Positions 34,011-44,312 of a stretch of DNA of 61,028 bases are shown one piece after another (within the stretch, counting starts at the first letter, position 1; each line of letters begins with the position of its first letter). The stretch is from the IMG/VR virus record IMGVR_UViG_3300036774_000039, positions 1-61,028 of that record; one strand, given 5' to 3'. A program made the translations under genes and the position numbers. The notes below the pieces were generated by a model, which did no database searches, was not told the DNA's origin, and was given only the letters and a program-made list of their open reading frames with translations. Source of the DNA: a virus. Lineage: Duplodnaviria; Caudoviricetes.

Positions 34011-34423
34011 TGGAAATCATCGTCAAGAAATCTCAGCACCGTGTCGACCCGAGACATCCCCAGTCGACCGATCCAAACTGGGGGCGGTCCTTCGAGAAGG
34101 GCCAGGAAATGATCCAGTCCGGGAAACTGAAATTCAACGACCGGGGCGAAGAGGAGCATTACTGGAAGATGGTCAACGGGAACCCGGCAAACGTACCAGG
34201 GCTCCCGCCGTTTGCGCCGCCCCTGGAGATTAAGTCGTACGTGAAGGTTCACTTCAATGACATCCCGTTTTCCGAGAGGATGAAATGGCTTCAGAAGGAA
34301 GCGTCGATCGAGGGAGCGATATACTGTTCGATCTGCGACTCGCTTACCGTCCACGTATTCGGCGACGGATGTTTCTGCAAAAAATGTGGTACATTAAAAC
34401 CAATGTCAGGGAGGCCACTTTGA
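34010..34423 (+). CDS. Zinc-ribbon-containing hypothetical protein
   Basis: TGATG coupling; CSIC...CKKCG. Confidence 0.6.
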   Translation: MEIIVKKSQHRVDPRHPQSTDPNWGRSFEKGQEMIQSGKLKFNDRGEEEHYWKMVNGNPANVPGLPPFAPPLEIKSYVKVHFNDIPFSERMKWLQKEASIEGAIYCSICDSLTVHVFGDGCFCKKCGTLKPMSGRPL

Positions 34424-34698
34424 ATTTCGTCATCTGCCACGGTTACGCTCATCGCTTGATGGATACAGGAGAGATTCAGTCTGCGCCGGTCGATATGACC
34501 GATGACGGAGACTTTATCGTCTACGGGAAAGAATGGTCGCACAGAACCGCTGAGAGCATGGATCTCTCCGGGGGCGACGAGTTTACGATCCGAGAGACGC
34601 TTCAGCAGTACGCACACATTTTCGTCGACGGGCTCGAGAGAATGCCTCACGCGGTTCCTCTCCAGAACGTCGTGGCAAAGGACAGCAAGGCTGTATAA
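34420..34698 (+). CDS. Hypothetical protein
   Basis: GGAGG before TTG 34420. Confidence 0.5.
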   Translation: MNFVICHGYAHRLMDTGEIQSAPVDMTDDGDFIVYGKEWSHRTAESMDLSGGDEFTIRETLQQYAHIFVDGLERMPHAVPLQNVVAKDSKAV

Positions 34699-34757
34699 TT
34701 CAAAACCACCGGGGGGGACACCTCCGGTGAATCGTTCAATTCAGAGAGGCTTTTTTT

Positions 34758-35789
34758 ATGCCGATCGACCTAGACCAGAGCGTTGCCGGATCTACAACGG
34801 CAACCCCCGAACAACCGGGCAACGACAGCGCAGGGGAGACAACCCGAACTGCCGGTAGCGAAACCACGGACAATTCCTCTGATAACGGTGGAGAGCAGAC
34901 GCGGGAGACAACCGGGTCAACCACTACAGGAGAGGAAGCGACCGTCGACCTGGGCATGGATAACATCACTCAGAACGAAGAGGGTGAGTTTGTCTGGGTA
35001 GTCAAGCCGGGCGATCAGTATTCGCCGATCTACACAGGGAAGACCATGAAGGAACTCCTCTCGAACGTGGCGAAATCCACGCTTGACAAGGATGCCTTCA
35101 TTCGGAAATTGAGGGCTTCCCAGGTGCGCGAAGTCGATCTGCCCGACAGAGTCTCCGGCCCCGAAGCGGAAGAGGAGCAGTTGTCTCTTCCTGACGAGAC
35201 GGAGGTTCTGCGTGATCTCGCAACCAAGTCCGGTGTCGATCTTGCTGCATTCGGCTGGACGGAGGAACAGTGGCGCGAATATGAAACCATCAACGGTACT
35301 CGCGCCGCCCTGAAACTGGAGAACAGGATTCAGGAACTCCGTCGCCAGGCGCAGGATTCGACGCGGGAACAGTCGGTCGCCATCCTCAATGAGAGGACGC
35401 TGAATAAGTCCACCGACGATGTCATGGAATTGATTGCCGACATCGACGTCAAGGACCCGAATTTCAGTTGGAAGGACTGGTACGATGGGATTCTCGCCGG
35501 CGTGATGAAGGACGCGGGGAATTTCGAGAAGACCGGACTCCTGAAGGCATCTGTCATCGTCAAAGTCGCGGCGAAGGAATTGAGGAAACTCAATGCCACG
35601 AAGGTAGCAGAGAGAGCTACTCGAGAGACGGAAGACAAGATTGCGGGTGCGAGGACACGAAGAGAGGCTATCCCCGGTGAAACCGGAGGTCGCGGAGGCG
35701 TCCGTAGGTCAACACCGGTTACACCAAAAACCACGGACGAGGCGCTCGCGCAGATTAGGCGCGAACACCCCGAGATGTTTCCACGATAA
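34758..35789 (+). CDS. Capsid scaffolding protein
   Basis: Acidic low-complexity N-terminus and helical body, immediately before the capsid gene. Confidence 0.75.
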   Translation: MPIDLDQSVAGSTTATPEQPGNDSAGETTRTAGSETTDNSSDNGGEQTRETTGSTTTGEEATVDLGMDNITQNEEGEFVWVVKPGDQYSPIYTGKTMKELLSNVAKSTLDKDAFIRKLRASQVREVDLPDRVSGPEAEEEQLSLPDETEVLRDLATKSGVDLAAFGWTEEQWREYETINGTRAALKLENRIQELRRQAQDSTREQSVAILNERTLNKSTDDVMELIADIDVKDPNFSWKDWYDGILAGVMKDAGNFEKTGLLKASVIVKVAAKELRKLNATKVAERATRETEDKIAGARTRREAIPGETGGRGGVRRSTPVTPKTTDEALAQIRREHPEMFPR

Positions 35790-35808
35790 ATCATAGGGGG
35801 AATGCACC

Positions 35809-36795
35809 ATGCCATCAGGACTCGATGTAACATTCCTGAATAACATCACACGGCAAAAGTTTATTCCCGCCCTGAAGAACGTGCTCTATAACCAGAGCCC
35901 GCTTTTCAACCGGCTCTTTGTCAAGGGTCGTGTGCAGAATCTCACAGGGACGGGATTGCAGTGGGATGTCGTTATCAAGAAACACGCCGCAGTCGGACGC
36001 TTCACAGGGTATGATGTCTTCGCGAATCAGCCCATCAACCCGACCGTCCAGGCGACGCTGTCCGAGGGAGCCTATTACGCGGCTCTCGCCATCTCCGGGA
36101 CAGAGAAACGCAAGAACACCGGCAATATGGAGAAGTTGCTGGACGCGGTGAAGACGCAGCACGACAACGCCATCGCCACGCTGAAGGACATGATGTATAC
36201 CGATGCCTACGGCTCCGGCGCACTCGTCGGCGGTCGGCAGGGCCTCATCGGGATGTCGGCGGCGGTTTCGGCGTCGAACGTCTACGCCAACATCGACCGC
36301 TCCGTCACGGCGAACGCCTCCTGGCAGGCGAACGTCAACTCGACATCGCTCACGATCGCGAACCTGAAGGACCCCACGTCGACCCAGTGGATGCCCTCGG
36401 TGATGAGGAATCTCTACACCTCATGCACCCACGATCACGCGCCGGATCTCATCATCCTGAACAAGACGCAGTACAACCTGTATCAGGACATCGCCGGCCT
36501 GATGAACCTCCGGTTCGACAACGATGTTGCGAACCTGGGCTTTGGCGGGGTGCAGTTTGGCCCCGGCGTCACGATCATCTTCGACGATTTCATCTCGAAC
36601 GCGGTGTCGTATTTCATCAACATCTCCGACTGGAGCGTCTTTGTGTATCCGGGCGCGAACTTCGACATGCCGGAAGAGGGATGGATGCGGCCCCAGAATC
36701 AGGATGCGGTCATCACGCAGATCATCTGGCAGGGTCAGATGCGGCTCGACAGCCCGTGGCATCAGGGCGCGTTCACGTCACTCGGGGCGTCCTGA
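35809..36795 (+). CDS. Major capsid protein
   Basis: 328 aa after the scaffold; TRQKFIP...SPLF...ISGTE...GLIG...YANIDR...PDLI...LGFGGVQF...RPQNQDA. Confidence 0.85.
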   Translation: MPSGLDVTFLNNITRQKFIPALKNVLYNQSPLFNRLFVKGRVQNLTGTGLQWDVVIKKHAAVGRFTGYDVFANQPINPTVQATLSEGAYYAALAISGTEKRKNTGNMEKLLDAVKTQHDNAIATLKDMMYTDAYGSGALVGGRQGLIGMSAAVSASNVYANIDRSVTANASWQANVNSTSLTIANLKDPTSTQWMPSVMRNLYTSCTHDHAPDLIILNKTQYNLYQDIAGLMNLRFDNDVANLGFGGVQFGPGVTIIFDDFISNAVSYFINISDWSVFVYPGANFDMPEEGWMRPQNQDAVITQIIWQGQMRLDSPWHQGAFTSLGAS

Positions 36796-36845
36796 GCGAT
36801 CAGGCGTCGGTCAATTCAACTGTTTCATAAGACAAGGAATATCGT

Positions 36846-37340
36846 ATGCCCAGCAGCGATGTTGAAAATTACCAAGGCTCAGGAACCCCGACAGTCATCC
36901 AGGAGGGGTATGATACGTTCATCGGGATCTTCAACGATGCGGCGTCTTCCCTGGCCAACGGATCGGTCGTTGAGGTGTCGTTCTTCAACAGCACGACAGC
37001 CGGCGTCTATCCGTGGTGCAAACAGCCGGCAACACAGGCGACAGTCGTTCACTTGATCGGCGTTGTGGACAACTCCAAGATGGGTCAGGGTGCCGCTGGC
37101 ATCCCGGCCGCAACGTGGGGTCTGGCCCGAATTCGCGGATATTGTCCCGCGATTCTCGGGGCGGCGGCGATCACCACCGAACACACGCTGACCTCGACGA
37201 ACACGGCCTGGACTGCCACGGACACGGCGGGATCGACTCTCGCGACGAACACCTTCGGGATCGCGAAGTCGACGGGCCTCACAGTATCACCGTACACGGC
37301 GACCGCGTATATCTTCGGATACTACGTGGCAATGCCGTAA
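36846..37340 (+). CDS. Capsid decoration/cement protein
   Basis: Small Ala/Thr/Gly-rich beta protein after the MCP; IGVV...WGLARIRG. Confidence 0.6.
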   Translation: MPSSDVENYQGSGTPTVIQEGYDTFIGIFNDAASSLANGSVVEVSFFNSTTAGVYPWCKQPATQATVVHLIGVVDNSKMGQGAAGIPAATWGLARIRGYCPAILGAAAITTEHTLTSTNTAWTATDTAGSTLATNTFGIAKSTGLTVSPYTATAYIFGYYVAMP

Positions 37341-37347
37341 ACTGATT

Positions 37348-37391
37348 GGGCGGGGATAGGGCTTGTAACCTTCGCCCCGCCCTTCACTTTT
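37348..37391 (+). terminator. Terminator-like hairpin after the capsid genes
   Basis: GGGCGGGG...CCCCGCCC followed by TTCACTTTT. Confidence 0.6.
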
Positions 37392-37401
37392 CCCGCGGAG
37401 C

Positions 37402-37680
37402 TTGAACATGGATGCGTATTACTTCACTCTGAAGGTCACGACCAACCTCCGGGTTGGTGGGACGGTTGCAGGATCGACCTCATTCACCACAAACGCGACA
37501 TCGATCACGATAACGAATGCAAACGTCACGGCCTCGAGTTTCTGCTATGCTTCACCGGCAGTAGCGCCGGGAGCCGGAGAACAACTCGGTTGCACACCGG
37601 GAGCGGGGTATTTCGTCGTTTTCCGTCAGACGGGAACCACGTCCGGTCTCGCGTTCCAGTGGCTTGCTCTGAATCCATAA
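37402..37680 (+). CDS. Small virion beta protein
   Basis: Thr-rich; head-fibre-like composition. Confidence 0.65.
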   Translation: MNMDAYYFTLKVTTNLRVGGTVAGSTSFTTNATSITITNANVTASSFCYASPAVAPGAGEQLGCTPGAGYFVVFRQTGTTSGLAFQWLALNP

Positions 37681-37695
37681 CCAAGGGAGGGTAAC

Positions 37696-38100
37696 ATGAA
37701 GCGCCTCATTCTTCTTGTCGCCCTCCTGATACTTGCCGCGCCTGTCTACTCTCAGGCGCTCCGGGTATTCACGGAGAGCGATTACAATCAGTACAAGCAC
37801 TACTCGGCGGCAACTGCCGCCAACGGCGACACGGTGGTCAATGTCGTAGGAGCCCAGACTGGCTTCCCGACCGGGAATACCGTACTCCCGTATCTCGTCG
37901 CAGTCGTTCTCAATACGATGGCGAATAGCGCATCCTACACGATCCTCGATGGAGGAACGACAGTCGCATCGGTCACTCTGCCGGCGACAGCGCTCACGTC
38001 TCCCGTTGTCATACCGTACAATATCAGGCTCGGGACGTGCCTTGTCATCAAGATCGTCGGGACAAATGATGTAACGCTCGTCTACCGAACATGGCGCTGA
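37696..38100 (+). CDS. Virion-module protein with a Sec-type signal peptide
   Basis: GGAGG RBS; MKRLILLVALLILAAPVYS-Q. Confidence 0.7.
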   Translation: MKRLILLVALLILAAPVYSQALRVFTESDYNQYKHYSAATAANGDTVVNVVGAQTGFPTGNTVLPYLVAVVLNTMANSASYTILDGGTTVASVTLPATALTSPVVIPYNIRLGTCLVIKIVGTNDVTLVYRTWR

Positions 38101-38112
38101 CCGGGAGGAAAT

Positions 38113-39249
38113 ATGCCGGATGCCTACGGTCACTCGCTCTATTCGGAGCTGATTGATGAGATAGTCGCCGATTCATCGCTGGATGCCGAACTCGCAAACC
38201 TGGGGGATGACCAGTTTAAGGTCTGGATTCTCCGGGCAGAGGAGCGGATCTGCTCGTCCGTCAATGTTATGGACGAGTGGAGTATGCAACTTCTCTCGGG
38301 GTACGATACATACCAGATCACCGAGAACCCGGCGATTACCGGTGCGACTGCCGCCTCACCGATCGTCTTAACCACGAAATCTGCCCACGGCCTCACAGCC
38401 GGGACAATGATTCGCATTGCCCGAGTCAATGGGATAAATGCGAACGGGCAGTTTGTTGTGGCCGCTCCGGTCACGACCAACTCGTTTGCGATCAACTACC
38501 TCTCGATCGTCGGTGGGGCTCTCAATCAGGCCCCCATCGTTATCAACACAACCCAGCCCCACGGATTCTCGACCGGAGACACGGTCACAATCGCCAACGT
38601 CCTTGGCAATACTGCCGCCAACGGGACGTGGACGATTACTCTCGTCGATCAGGCGAACTTCAGCCTGAATGGATCGACGGGGAACGGCACCTATACCGGA
38701 GGCGGGACTGCGACAAAAGTCTCGAGTGGGGTGGGGCAGACATATGTCGGCGGGGGGAGATTCTGGACGCTTCAGCAACTTCCGTCTCATTTCCGCGACG
38801 TCAAGACGATCCGGGCTCTCATCAATAACTTCATCCAGGAGATCGAGATTTCTGATTTTCGGTTCCTGACGCACCTCGAGAGTGAAGACAACATCTTCCT
38901 TCTCGGGGAGGCAGCCACCTATATCTACCCTGTCCAGGTGATGATTAACTCAAAGGACACGCAGGACTACATGAGATTCTATCCTGCGCCGGTGGTACAG
39001 ATGGAAGCCCGATGCTTCGGGAGCATCAGGATCAACCCGAATCTCTACATCGACGATCCGGTGCAGAACGGCATCCATCTTCCGAAGCAGTATGATGACG
39101 CGATCAGGATTTTCGTGCGCTCGAGGATCTATAGTTATCTGAAAGACCGAGAAGAAGAACTCCGGCATCTCCAACTCTTCAAACAGTCGATCGCCGAAGA
39201 GAAGGCCAACAAGAGCCCTCACACGAAGATGAGGATCAGATACACATGA
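38113..39249 (+). CDS. Head-tail adaptor-like protein with inserted tandem FCCH-like beta domains
   Basis: Adaptor-like ends (YSELIDEI...AEERIC; RFYPAP...LPKQYDDAI) around two ITGAT.ASPIV.TT..AHG..G-type repeats. Confidence 0.65.
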   Translation: MPDAYGHSLYSELIDEIVADSSLDAELANLGDDQFKVWILRAEERICSSVNVMDEWSMQLLSGYDTYQITENPAITGATAASPIVLTTKSAHGLTAGTMIRIARVNGINANGQFVVAAPVTTNSFAINYLSIVGGALNQAPIVINTTQPHGFSTGDTVTIANVLGNTAANGTWTITLVDQANFSLNGSTGNGTYTGGGTATKVSSGVGQTYVGGGRFWTLQQLPSHFRDVKTIRALINNFIQEIEISDFRFLTHLESEDNIFLLGEAATYIYPVQVMINSKDTQDYMRFYPAPVVQMEARCFGSIRINPNLYIDDPVQNGIHLPKQYDDAIRIFVRSRIYSYLKDREEELRHLQLFKQSIAEEKANKSPHTKMRIRYT

Positions 39250-39884
39250 GTACCGTCCAACTTCAAGTCACGAAACTCTACCAGAGGATCGACCCCAGGG
39301 CAAGCGACGGAAGCGAGATTACGATCGCCACCGTAGGGACGGTTGACGGTGAGAAATTCACGGCCGCCAAAGGTCTTGCGATCTACAACGACGCACGTAC
39401 GGCACTCGCGAACGCAATCTCGGTGCGCATGGACCCGTTCTCCAAACGTCAGGCCATCGCTGATAATACTGTCTGGAATACGACCTTCACCTTTACTGCC
39501 GGCGTCGGGGCCAAGGAGACGGGTTATATCGAACACAAAGAACTCCAGACGTCTGCCGGCGTGAGGATTGCCGTTCTCCCGGCGCATGTGGTCGGGATGA
39601 CCGCATATCTCGACTCAGCGCTCAATCCTCTGGTATACGAACGGGGGACGTCATTCTACTCGGTACATGGGAATCTCTATATCCCGGACGCCGCGACGTA
39701 TCTTCATGTCTACTACGGCATCACGCCATTCGTTATCGGAGACGTGACCGGGGGAGCCACAGTCGAGACGTTCTCGCCGGTCTGGGAGCCGTTGCTACTC
39801 GAACTGGGTGAATCAATAGCGATGGAGATGGCACTCGGCGAGGTGAATAAACTCGCGATGTCACTCGTCGGAGGGGTTCAATAA
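39246..39884 (+). CDS. Putative tail adaptor protein
   Basis: Position in the module; helical ends. Confidence 0.55.
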   Translation: MSTVQLQVTKLYQRIDPRASDGSEITIATVGTVDGEKFTAAKGLAIYNDARTALANAISVRMDPFSKRQAIADNTVWNTTFTFTAGVGAKETGYIEHKELQTSAGVRIAVLPAHVVGMTAYLDSALNPLVYERGTSFYSVHGNLYIPDAATYLHVYYGITPFVIGDVTGGATVETFSPVWEPLLLELGESIAMEMALGEVNKLAMSLVGGVQ

Positions 39885-40792
39885 TGGCACTCTCGAGAGT
39901 CTGGCAAGCCGGGAATTTCATGCGTCATGCGATGGCGGCGTTCCCCGCGATCGACGAAGTCGCCTGGACCCAAAGGTTCGAGATCATCAATATGATCCAG
40001 TACAAGGTGGCCTCTGAATTCTATGGCCTGATGTACGGAGCCTATCATACGATGGTCATCCTTCAACAGGATACGGCAGGAAGGGTGGGAACCGGGGGGA
40101 CGTATACCGTTGCTACAACGACTCTCAACGTAACCGGCCTGAGCTCGAATTTCCTTTCCTCTGATGTCGGGAAACTTATCACCTTCACAGATGGGACATT
40201 GACATATTGTGGGTTCATATCGGCATTTCTCTCGTCGACATCCGTCCAGGTTCAGGGCAACGATCTCCCGGTAAGTAATATCGCCGCGCTGACATCGGTC
40301 ATCGTCGTATCTACGGTTGTGAGCTCGGACGCGGTTTCGATTTCCGGTATAGATATGATGCGAACGGGTGAGCAAGTCAACATTGATATGCAGTCTACTC
40401 TGACCTCTTCGATCGAAGCGGTAGGTCTCGAGGCTCTGAGATTCTTCAGGAATATGTCAGCACAGAATAGGAACCGGATCGTGTACTCTCTGATGGGCGA
40501 CCGTATTCTGCTTTCAAATGGTATTAATCTAACGGGATATGGGACGCTCACAATCGCATATCCAAGGTCGCCTATCCCCGTCCAACAGGACGCCGATTAT
40601 ATCGACCTTCTCGATGGGGGGATTATCAACCTTGCGATGCTCCTCCTGAAGAAGCACCTCTCCGAACGATTCTACCATGAGAAGCGAGACTACATGGCAG
40701 AGGCTCAGGTCATTCTCGCTGACATCTATAAGAACCATGATGCGGTTTTGAAGGCGCAGATCGTTCAGGAAAAAGCACTGGTTTTGATGTGA
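39884..40792 (+). CDS. Putative tail adaptor protein
   Basis: Position in the module; adaptor-like C-terminus (AYPRSP...DYIDL). Confidence 0.55.
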   Translation: MALSRVWQAGNFMRHAMAAFPAIDEVAWTQRFEIINMIQYKVASEFYGLMYGAYHTMVILQQDTAGRVGTGGTYTVATTTLNVTGLSSNFLSSDVGKLITFTDGTLTYCGFISAFLSSTSVQVQGNDLPVSNIAALTSVIVVSTVVSSDAVSISGIDMMRTGEQVNIDMQSTLTSSIEAVGLEALRFFRNMSAQNRNRIVYSLMGDRILLSNGINLTGYGTLTIAYPRSPIPVQQDADYIDLLDGGIINLAMLLLKKHLSERFYHEKRDYMAEAQVILADIYKNHDAVLKAQIVQEKALVLM

Positions 40793-43518
40793 AGCCCGAA
40801 GGATACGACACAAAGGATATTAACGATCTCCAAGGATTTGTCACCGCCTATAACCGGGTGGGGATACAGGATAATTACGCGATCGACATGCGGAACGTCC
40901 AGATTTCCACCGAGGGCTTCATGCTTCAGCGCCGGTATGGGACGAAACACCGCTACTCGTCGTACCCGACAACGAACATCGTTGCAAACACCGCGATCAA
41001 TGTAGTGAACGGTTTTACTCTCTTTGACCCGGTAACGTCGACCGACTACGATTTCATCGTCGCGCTCGACTATCTCGGGATCACGCACGTTTACGTCTAT
41101 GACGGGTCGTGGATTGAACTCACGGCATTCTACGCTTGCCAGATCAACGGGGCAACCAGTTATACATTCACCGCCAATCCCCCGGTGAGCGGATTCTCCA
41201 CCGTCACGACGAATAATGAGACGCAGAACGGGCAGTCCCTCGGCTCGGGTTGGCCCACCGGAGGTTTCCCCGGCGATATGTCGTTCTACGTCGCTATCAA
41301 CACGGATGTCTCCAACACAGCGGGGATCGTGGGGACGGGGAACGGAGCGCACAGTCTGACGATTCTCGGAGCAAATACGACAGCCGGTGGTATGAACTGG
41401 GCTTCGGGGAACCACCTGACGCTCTACCGGACGGTCGGCCTCTTCAACGCCTCCTGGACTGGGAGCCTGAGTGCGACGCCGCATATCCGGTTCATGGACA
41501 ATGAGACGCAGCGGAAACTCACGATGTATAATGGGTCAGTCTCCGGGACACAGGTCACTCCAGGGATTCCTCTCCTTTTGATGAAGCGCCCACAGAGGGC
41601 ATATTCCTGGCCCGACACGACCGCTGCAGATGCGTATCTGACAGTCCCGAGTTCTGCAGTCGATTCGTGGTTTACCGAGGCCGGTGGAGGACTGTCAACG
41701 CTCTGGGCGAAATACGGGACGAAGGCGGCGCCTGTTAATATCGCGATCACGTCGAGTTTTGACACAAAGGATGCTGCGCCTACCGGAAGCGTCAATCTCT
41801 TCCCGGCGAATTCGTGGCTCCGCGTCCAGTGTACAGCATCGGGGACTGGAGCGGGACCGGCGAACCTCTATGTCGGTAGTTATCTCTACATGACCCTCCT
41901 CTATGACAATTACGAGGAGAGCGACCCAGTTGTGGAAGCGTTCCTGAATATGTACGGTGCGGGGACGGGAATCCAGACCATCACGAATATGTATATCAAC
42001 CCCGCATCCATGCCGAAGAACGTGACCGGATGCAAGTGGTACAGCGGTCAGTGGGCGATGTACGGAACGGCGAATGACCCGGCAGTCATCAACTTCAGGA
42101 CGATCTTCCCAGACTCGGCCTTCACAACTGTCAAGACGATCTATTTTCAGAAATACAATATCACCGGTCAGCCCGGAGGAGACGTCACAGTAGGATATTC
42201 CGGCTCCGAATCGAAGGGCCGGTGGATGCAGTACGTCTGGACGTATGTGACGGGGAATCCGCAGGAAGGCTCGGACAACATTCTTTCCGATTTGAACCAT
42301 CCGCTCGTCGAGAAGAGGACGCTTATCACGCCTCGGTTCGCTACAAAGGCAAGCCGGAGGCAGTCATCTATCGTCGCGGTCGATACCGATGACAAGACTC
42401 TCCGTGTCTCGCTCTTTGACGGGTACGGCGTCCATCAGGACGATAACACACCCTTCACGTCGAATTGCAGCGATAGTACACCGCTGATCATGAATCTCAC
42501 CGCGCATGGGAAACTACTCGGACTGGGGACATCTCGAGGCTATCTGATTGCCTTGAAGACTGCAGAACTCGAACTTGTGGATCTTCAGGCGTTCAATCAG
42601 GAACTCGTCCCCGCCGATGTAGTCGCAAGCCGGTCGATCCTTTCGACGCCGTACGGCCTCTTCTGGGCGGGCTCCAACAATATCTATATGTTCCCGATCT
42701 CCGGTGGTGGGATCAAGCCGATCTCCGAACTCTGGAAGAATAAGTATGACGGGACACTCTTCACGACTCTGCGAAATCCATCAGCGCAAGTCGCCTTCAT
42801 CAATGCGACCGCCCGGCAGAATATCATCGCCGGCTGGGACCCCACGTACGAAGAAGTGTGGTTCCAGATCAAAGTCGAGATCGACCAGGCAAGTGTCGCA
42901 CAGGAGTATCTTAATTACTGTTATTCTCCGAAGACGGGGAAGTGGCGGGTCGTGAAACTGAATTTCACCGGTGGGCAGTCGACACAACTCCCGGTGGCGT
43001 TCTACTCCCAGCATTCCGACAAGTCGATGAATATCGGCTACGGGAGTCTCTTGAATGCCAGTACCGGGAACGGCGTTCTTCTCTACCCGGCGAGGGATGG
43101 GAACAGGCCCTATCAGGATGATGTGATGATAGTCTCTACTGGTTCTCCGGTAGAGGTCGGCGATGCGAATGGCTTCGAGACGGACATCACCCTGAATATC
43201 GGTTCGATCTACAGCATCACGAATCTCGCGAATGTGTGGGATCATTTTTTTGACTATGTTGGGTCTGCAGTCAACAACACCGACGCTATTAACCTGACGG
43301 TCTATGCGAACCGGGAAACCACGCCGATCGACAGCCTGACAAGGACGCTGACGGTGAATTCCCGCTCGACCCGGAGGATGATGAGGCCGAGAGGCCCGAT
43401 CGAATCTCTGAGGGTAAAACTCCAGTGGCCCACCGGGAGCCTTTTGAACTTCAAGAATTTCGACCTTTCACGGATCAGTTTCGGCTATACGGTAAAGCGC
43501 AGAACCGGTACAAAATAA
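40789..43518 (+). CDS. Tail nozzle/stabilisation protein (podovirus tubular protein B-like)
   Basis: 909 aa beta-rich; NVQI..EG.LQRRYGT at the N-terminus; precedes the ejection proteins. Confidence 0.65.
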   Translation: MKPEGYDTKDINDLQGFVTAYNRVGIQDNYAIDMRNVQISTEGFMLQRRYGTKHRYSSYPTTNIVANTAINVVNGFTLFDPVTSTDYDFIVALDYLGITHVYVYDGSWIELTAFYACQINGATSYTFTANPPVSGFSTVTTNNETQNGQSLGSGWPTGGFPGDMSFYVAINTDVSNTAGIVGTGNGAHSLTILGANTTAGGMNWASGNHLTLYRTVGLFNASWTGSLSATPHIRFMDNETQRKLTMYNGSVSGTQVTPGIPLLLMKRPQRAYSWPDTTAADAYLTVPSSAVDSWFTEAGGGLSTLWAKYGTKAAPVNIAITSSFDTKDAAPTGSVNLFPANSWLRVQCTASGTGAGPANLYVGSYLYMTLLYDNYEESDPVVEAFLNMYGAGTGIQTITNMYINPASMPKNVTGCKWYSGQWAMYGTANDPAVINFRTIFPDSAFTTVKTIYFQKYNITGQPGGDVTVGYSGSESKGRWMQYVWTYVTGNPQEGSDNILSDLNHPLVEKRTLITPRFATKASRRQSSIVAVDTDDKTLRVSLFDGYGVHQDDNTPFTSNCSDSTPLIMNLTAHGKLLGLGTSRGYLIALKTAELELVDLQAFNQELVPADVVASRSILSTPYGLFWAGSNNIYMFPISGGGIKPISELWKNKYDGTLFTTLRNPSAQVAFINATARQNIIAGWDPTYEEVWFQIKVEIDQASVAQEYLNYCYSPKTGKWRVVKLNFTGGQSTQLPVAFYSQHSDKSMNIGYGSLLNASTGNGVLLYPARDGNRPYQDDVMIVSTGSPVEVGDANGFETDITLNIGSIYSITNLANVWDHFFDYVGSAVNNTDAINLTVYANRETTPIDSLTRTLTVNSRSTRRMMRPRGPIESLRVKLQWPTGSLLNFKNFDLSRISFGYTVKRRTGTK

Positions 43519-43527
43519 GGGGGTAGT

Positions 43528-44301
43528 ATGGGAGACTTTGGGACGTTTGCGGGTGGTGCGCTTGGCGGGGCAGAACTGGGGTCGATGTTTGGCCCGATTG
43601 GTGCCGGAGTCGGAGCAGTCGCGGGTGGCGTTATGGGTCTCCTCGGAGATTCCCCCGAACAGCAAAGACAGAAGCGGAAGAACGATCTCATCGCCGCCAT
43701 CCGTCGCATCCAGCAAGAGAACATCGCATCCGGGTCGAACCTCATCGGTCAGCAGACCCAGAAGAACATCGCATCGGAACGGGCGGCAGCGGCTCGTCGT
43801 GCTGCGGCCGGAGGGTTCTCAGCCGAGCAGAATGTGGGAGGCGCTGAAAGCCGGGCTCTCGAGGCGGGAGGAACCGAACTCCAGCGTTATATCCAGGCGA
43901 CGAATGCTCAGGCATCACAGGCAGAGATCGGCGCAGAACAGGAATTCGCCGAAAGGCCGATGGCCCCCGGTCCCTCCGACTGGCTCCTCTCGCTAGGGGG
44001 GGCGGCGGGTCAGATCAAACATGGGATCGACCTCGCATCCTTAAATGCGTCATCGACAACGCCAACAAGTACGACGCCGGAAGCAACACCAGGGGTGACG
44101 CCGGCATCCGTTCAGACGCCGATGACAATAGGGGGGATGCGACCCTCTTCTTCTCCGAACGAGATGAATTACACAAAGTACCTCCAGAACGCATCGGCCT
44201 CAATGGAGGGTATCCCCGAGCAGACATTCATGCCGGGGTTTGGGAAAAAGAAACTTCCCGGATCGAGCATTGTGGATTTCTATACGAAAGCATATAAATA
44301 A
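43528..44301 (+). CDS. Internal virion/DNA ejection protein
   Basis: Glycine-zipper N-terminus (GGALGGAELGSMFGPIGAGVGAVAGG) followed by Ala/Gln-rich helices. Confidence 0.65.
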   Translation: MGDFGTFAGGALGGAELGSMFGPIGAGVGAVAGGVMGLLGDSPEQQRQKRKNDLIAAIRRIQQENIASGSNLIGQQTQKNIASERAAAARRAAAGGFSAEQNVGGAESRALEAGGTELQRYIQATNAQASQAEIGAEQEFAERPMAPGPSDWLLSLGGAAGQIKHGIDLASLNASSTTPTSTTPEATPGVTPASVQTPMTIGGMRPSSSPNEMNYTKYLQNASASMEGIPEQTFMPGFGKKKLPGSSIVDFYTKAYK

Positions 44302-44312
44302 CAGGGGTCATC

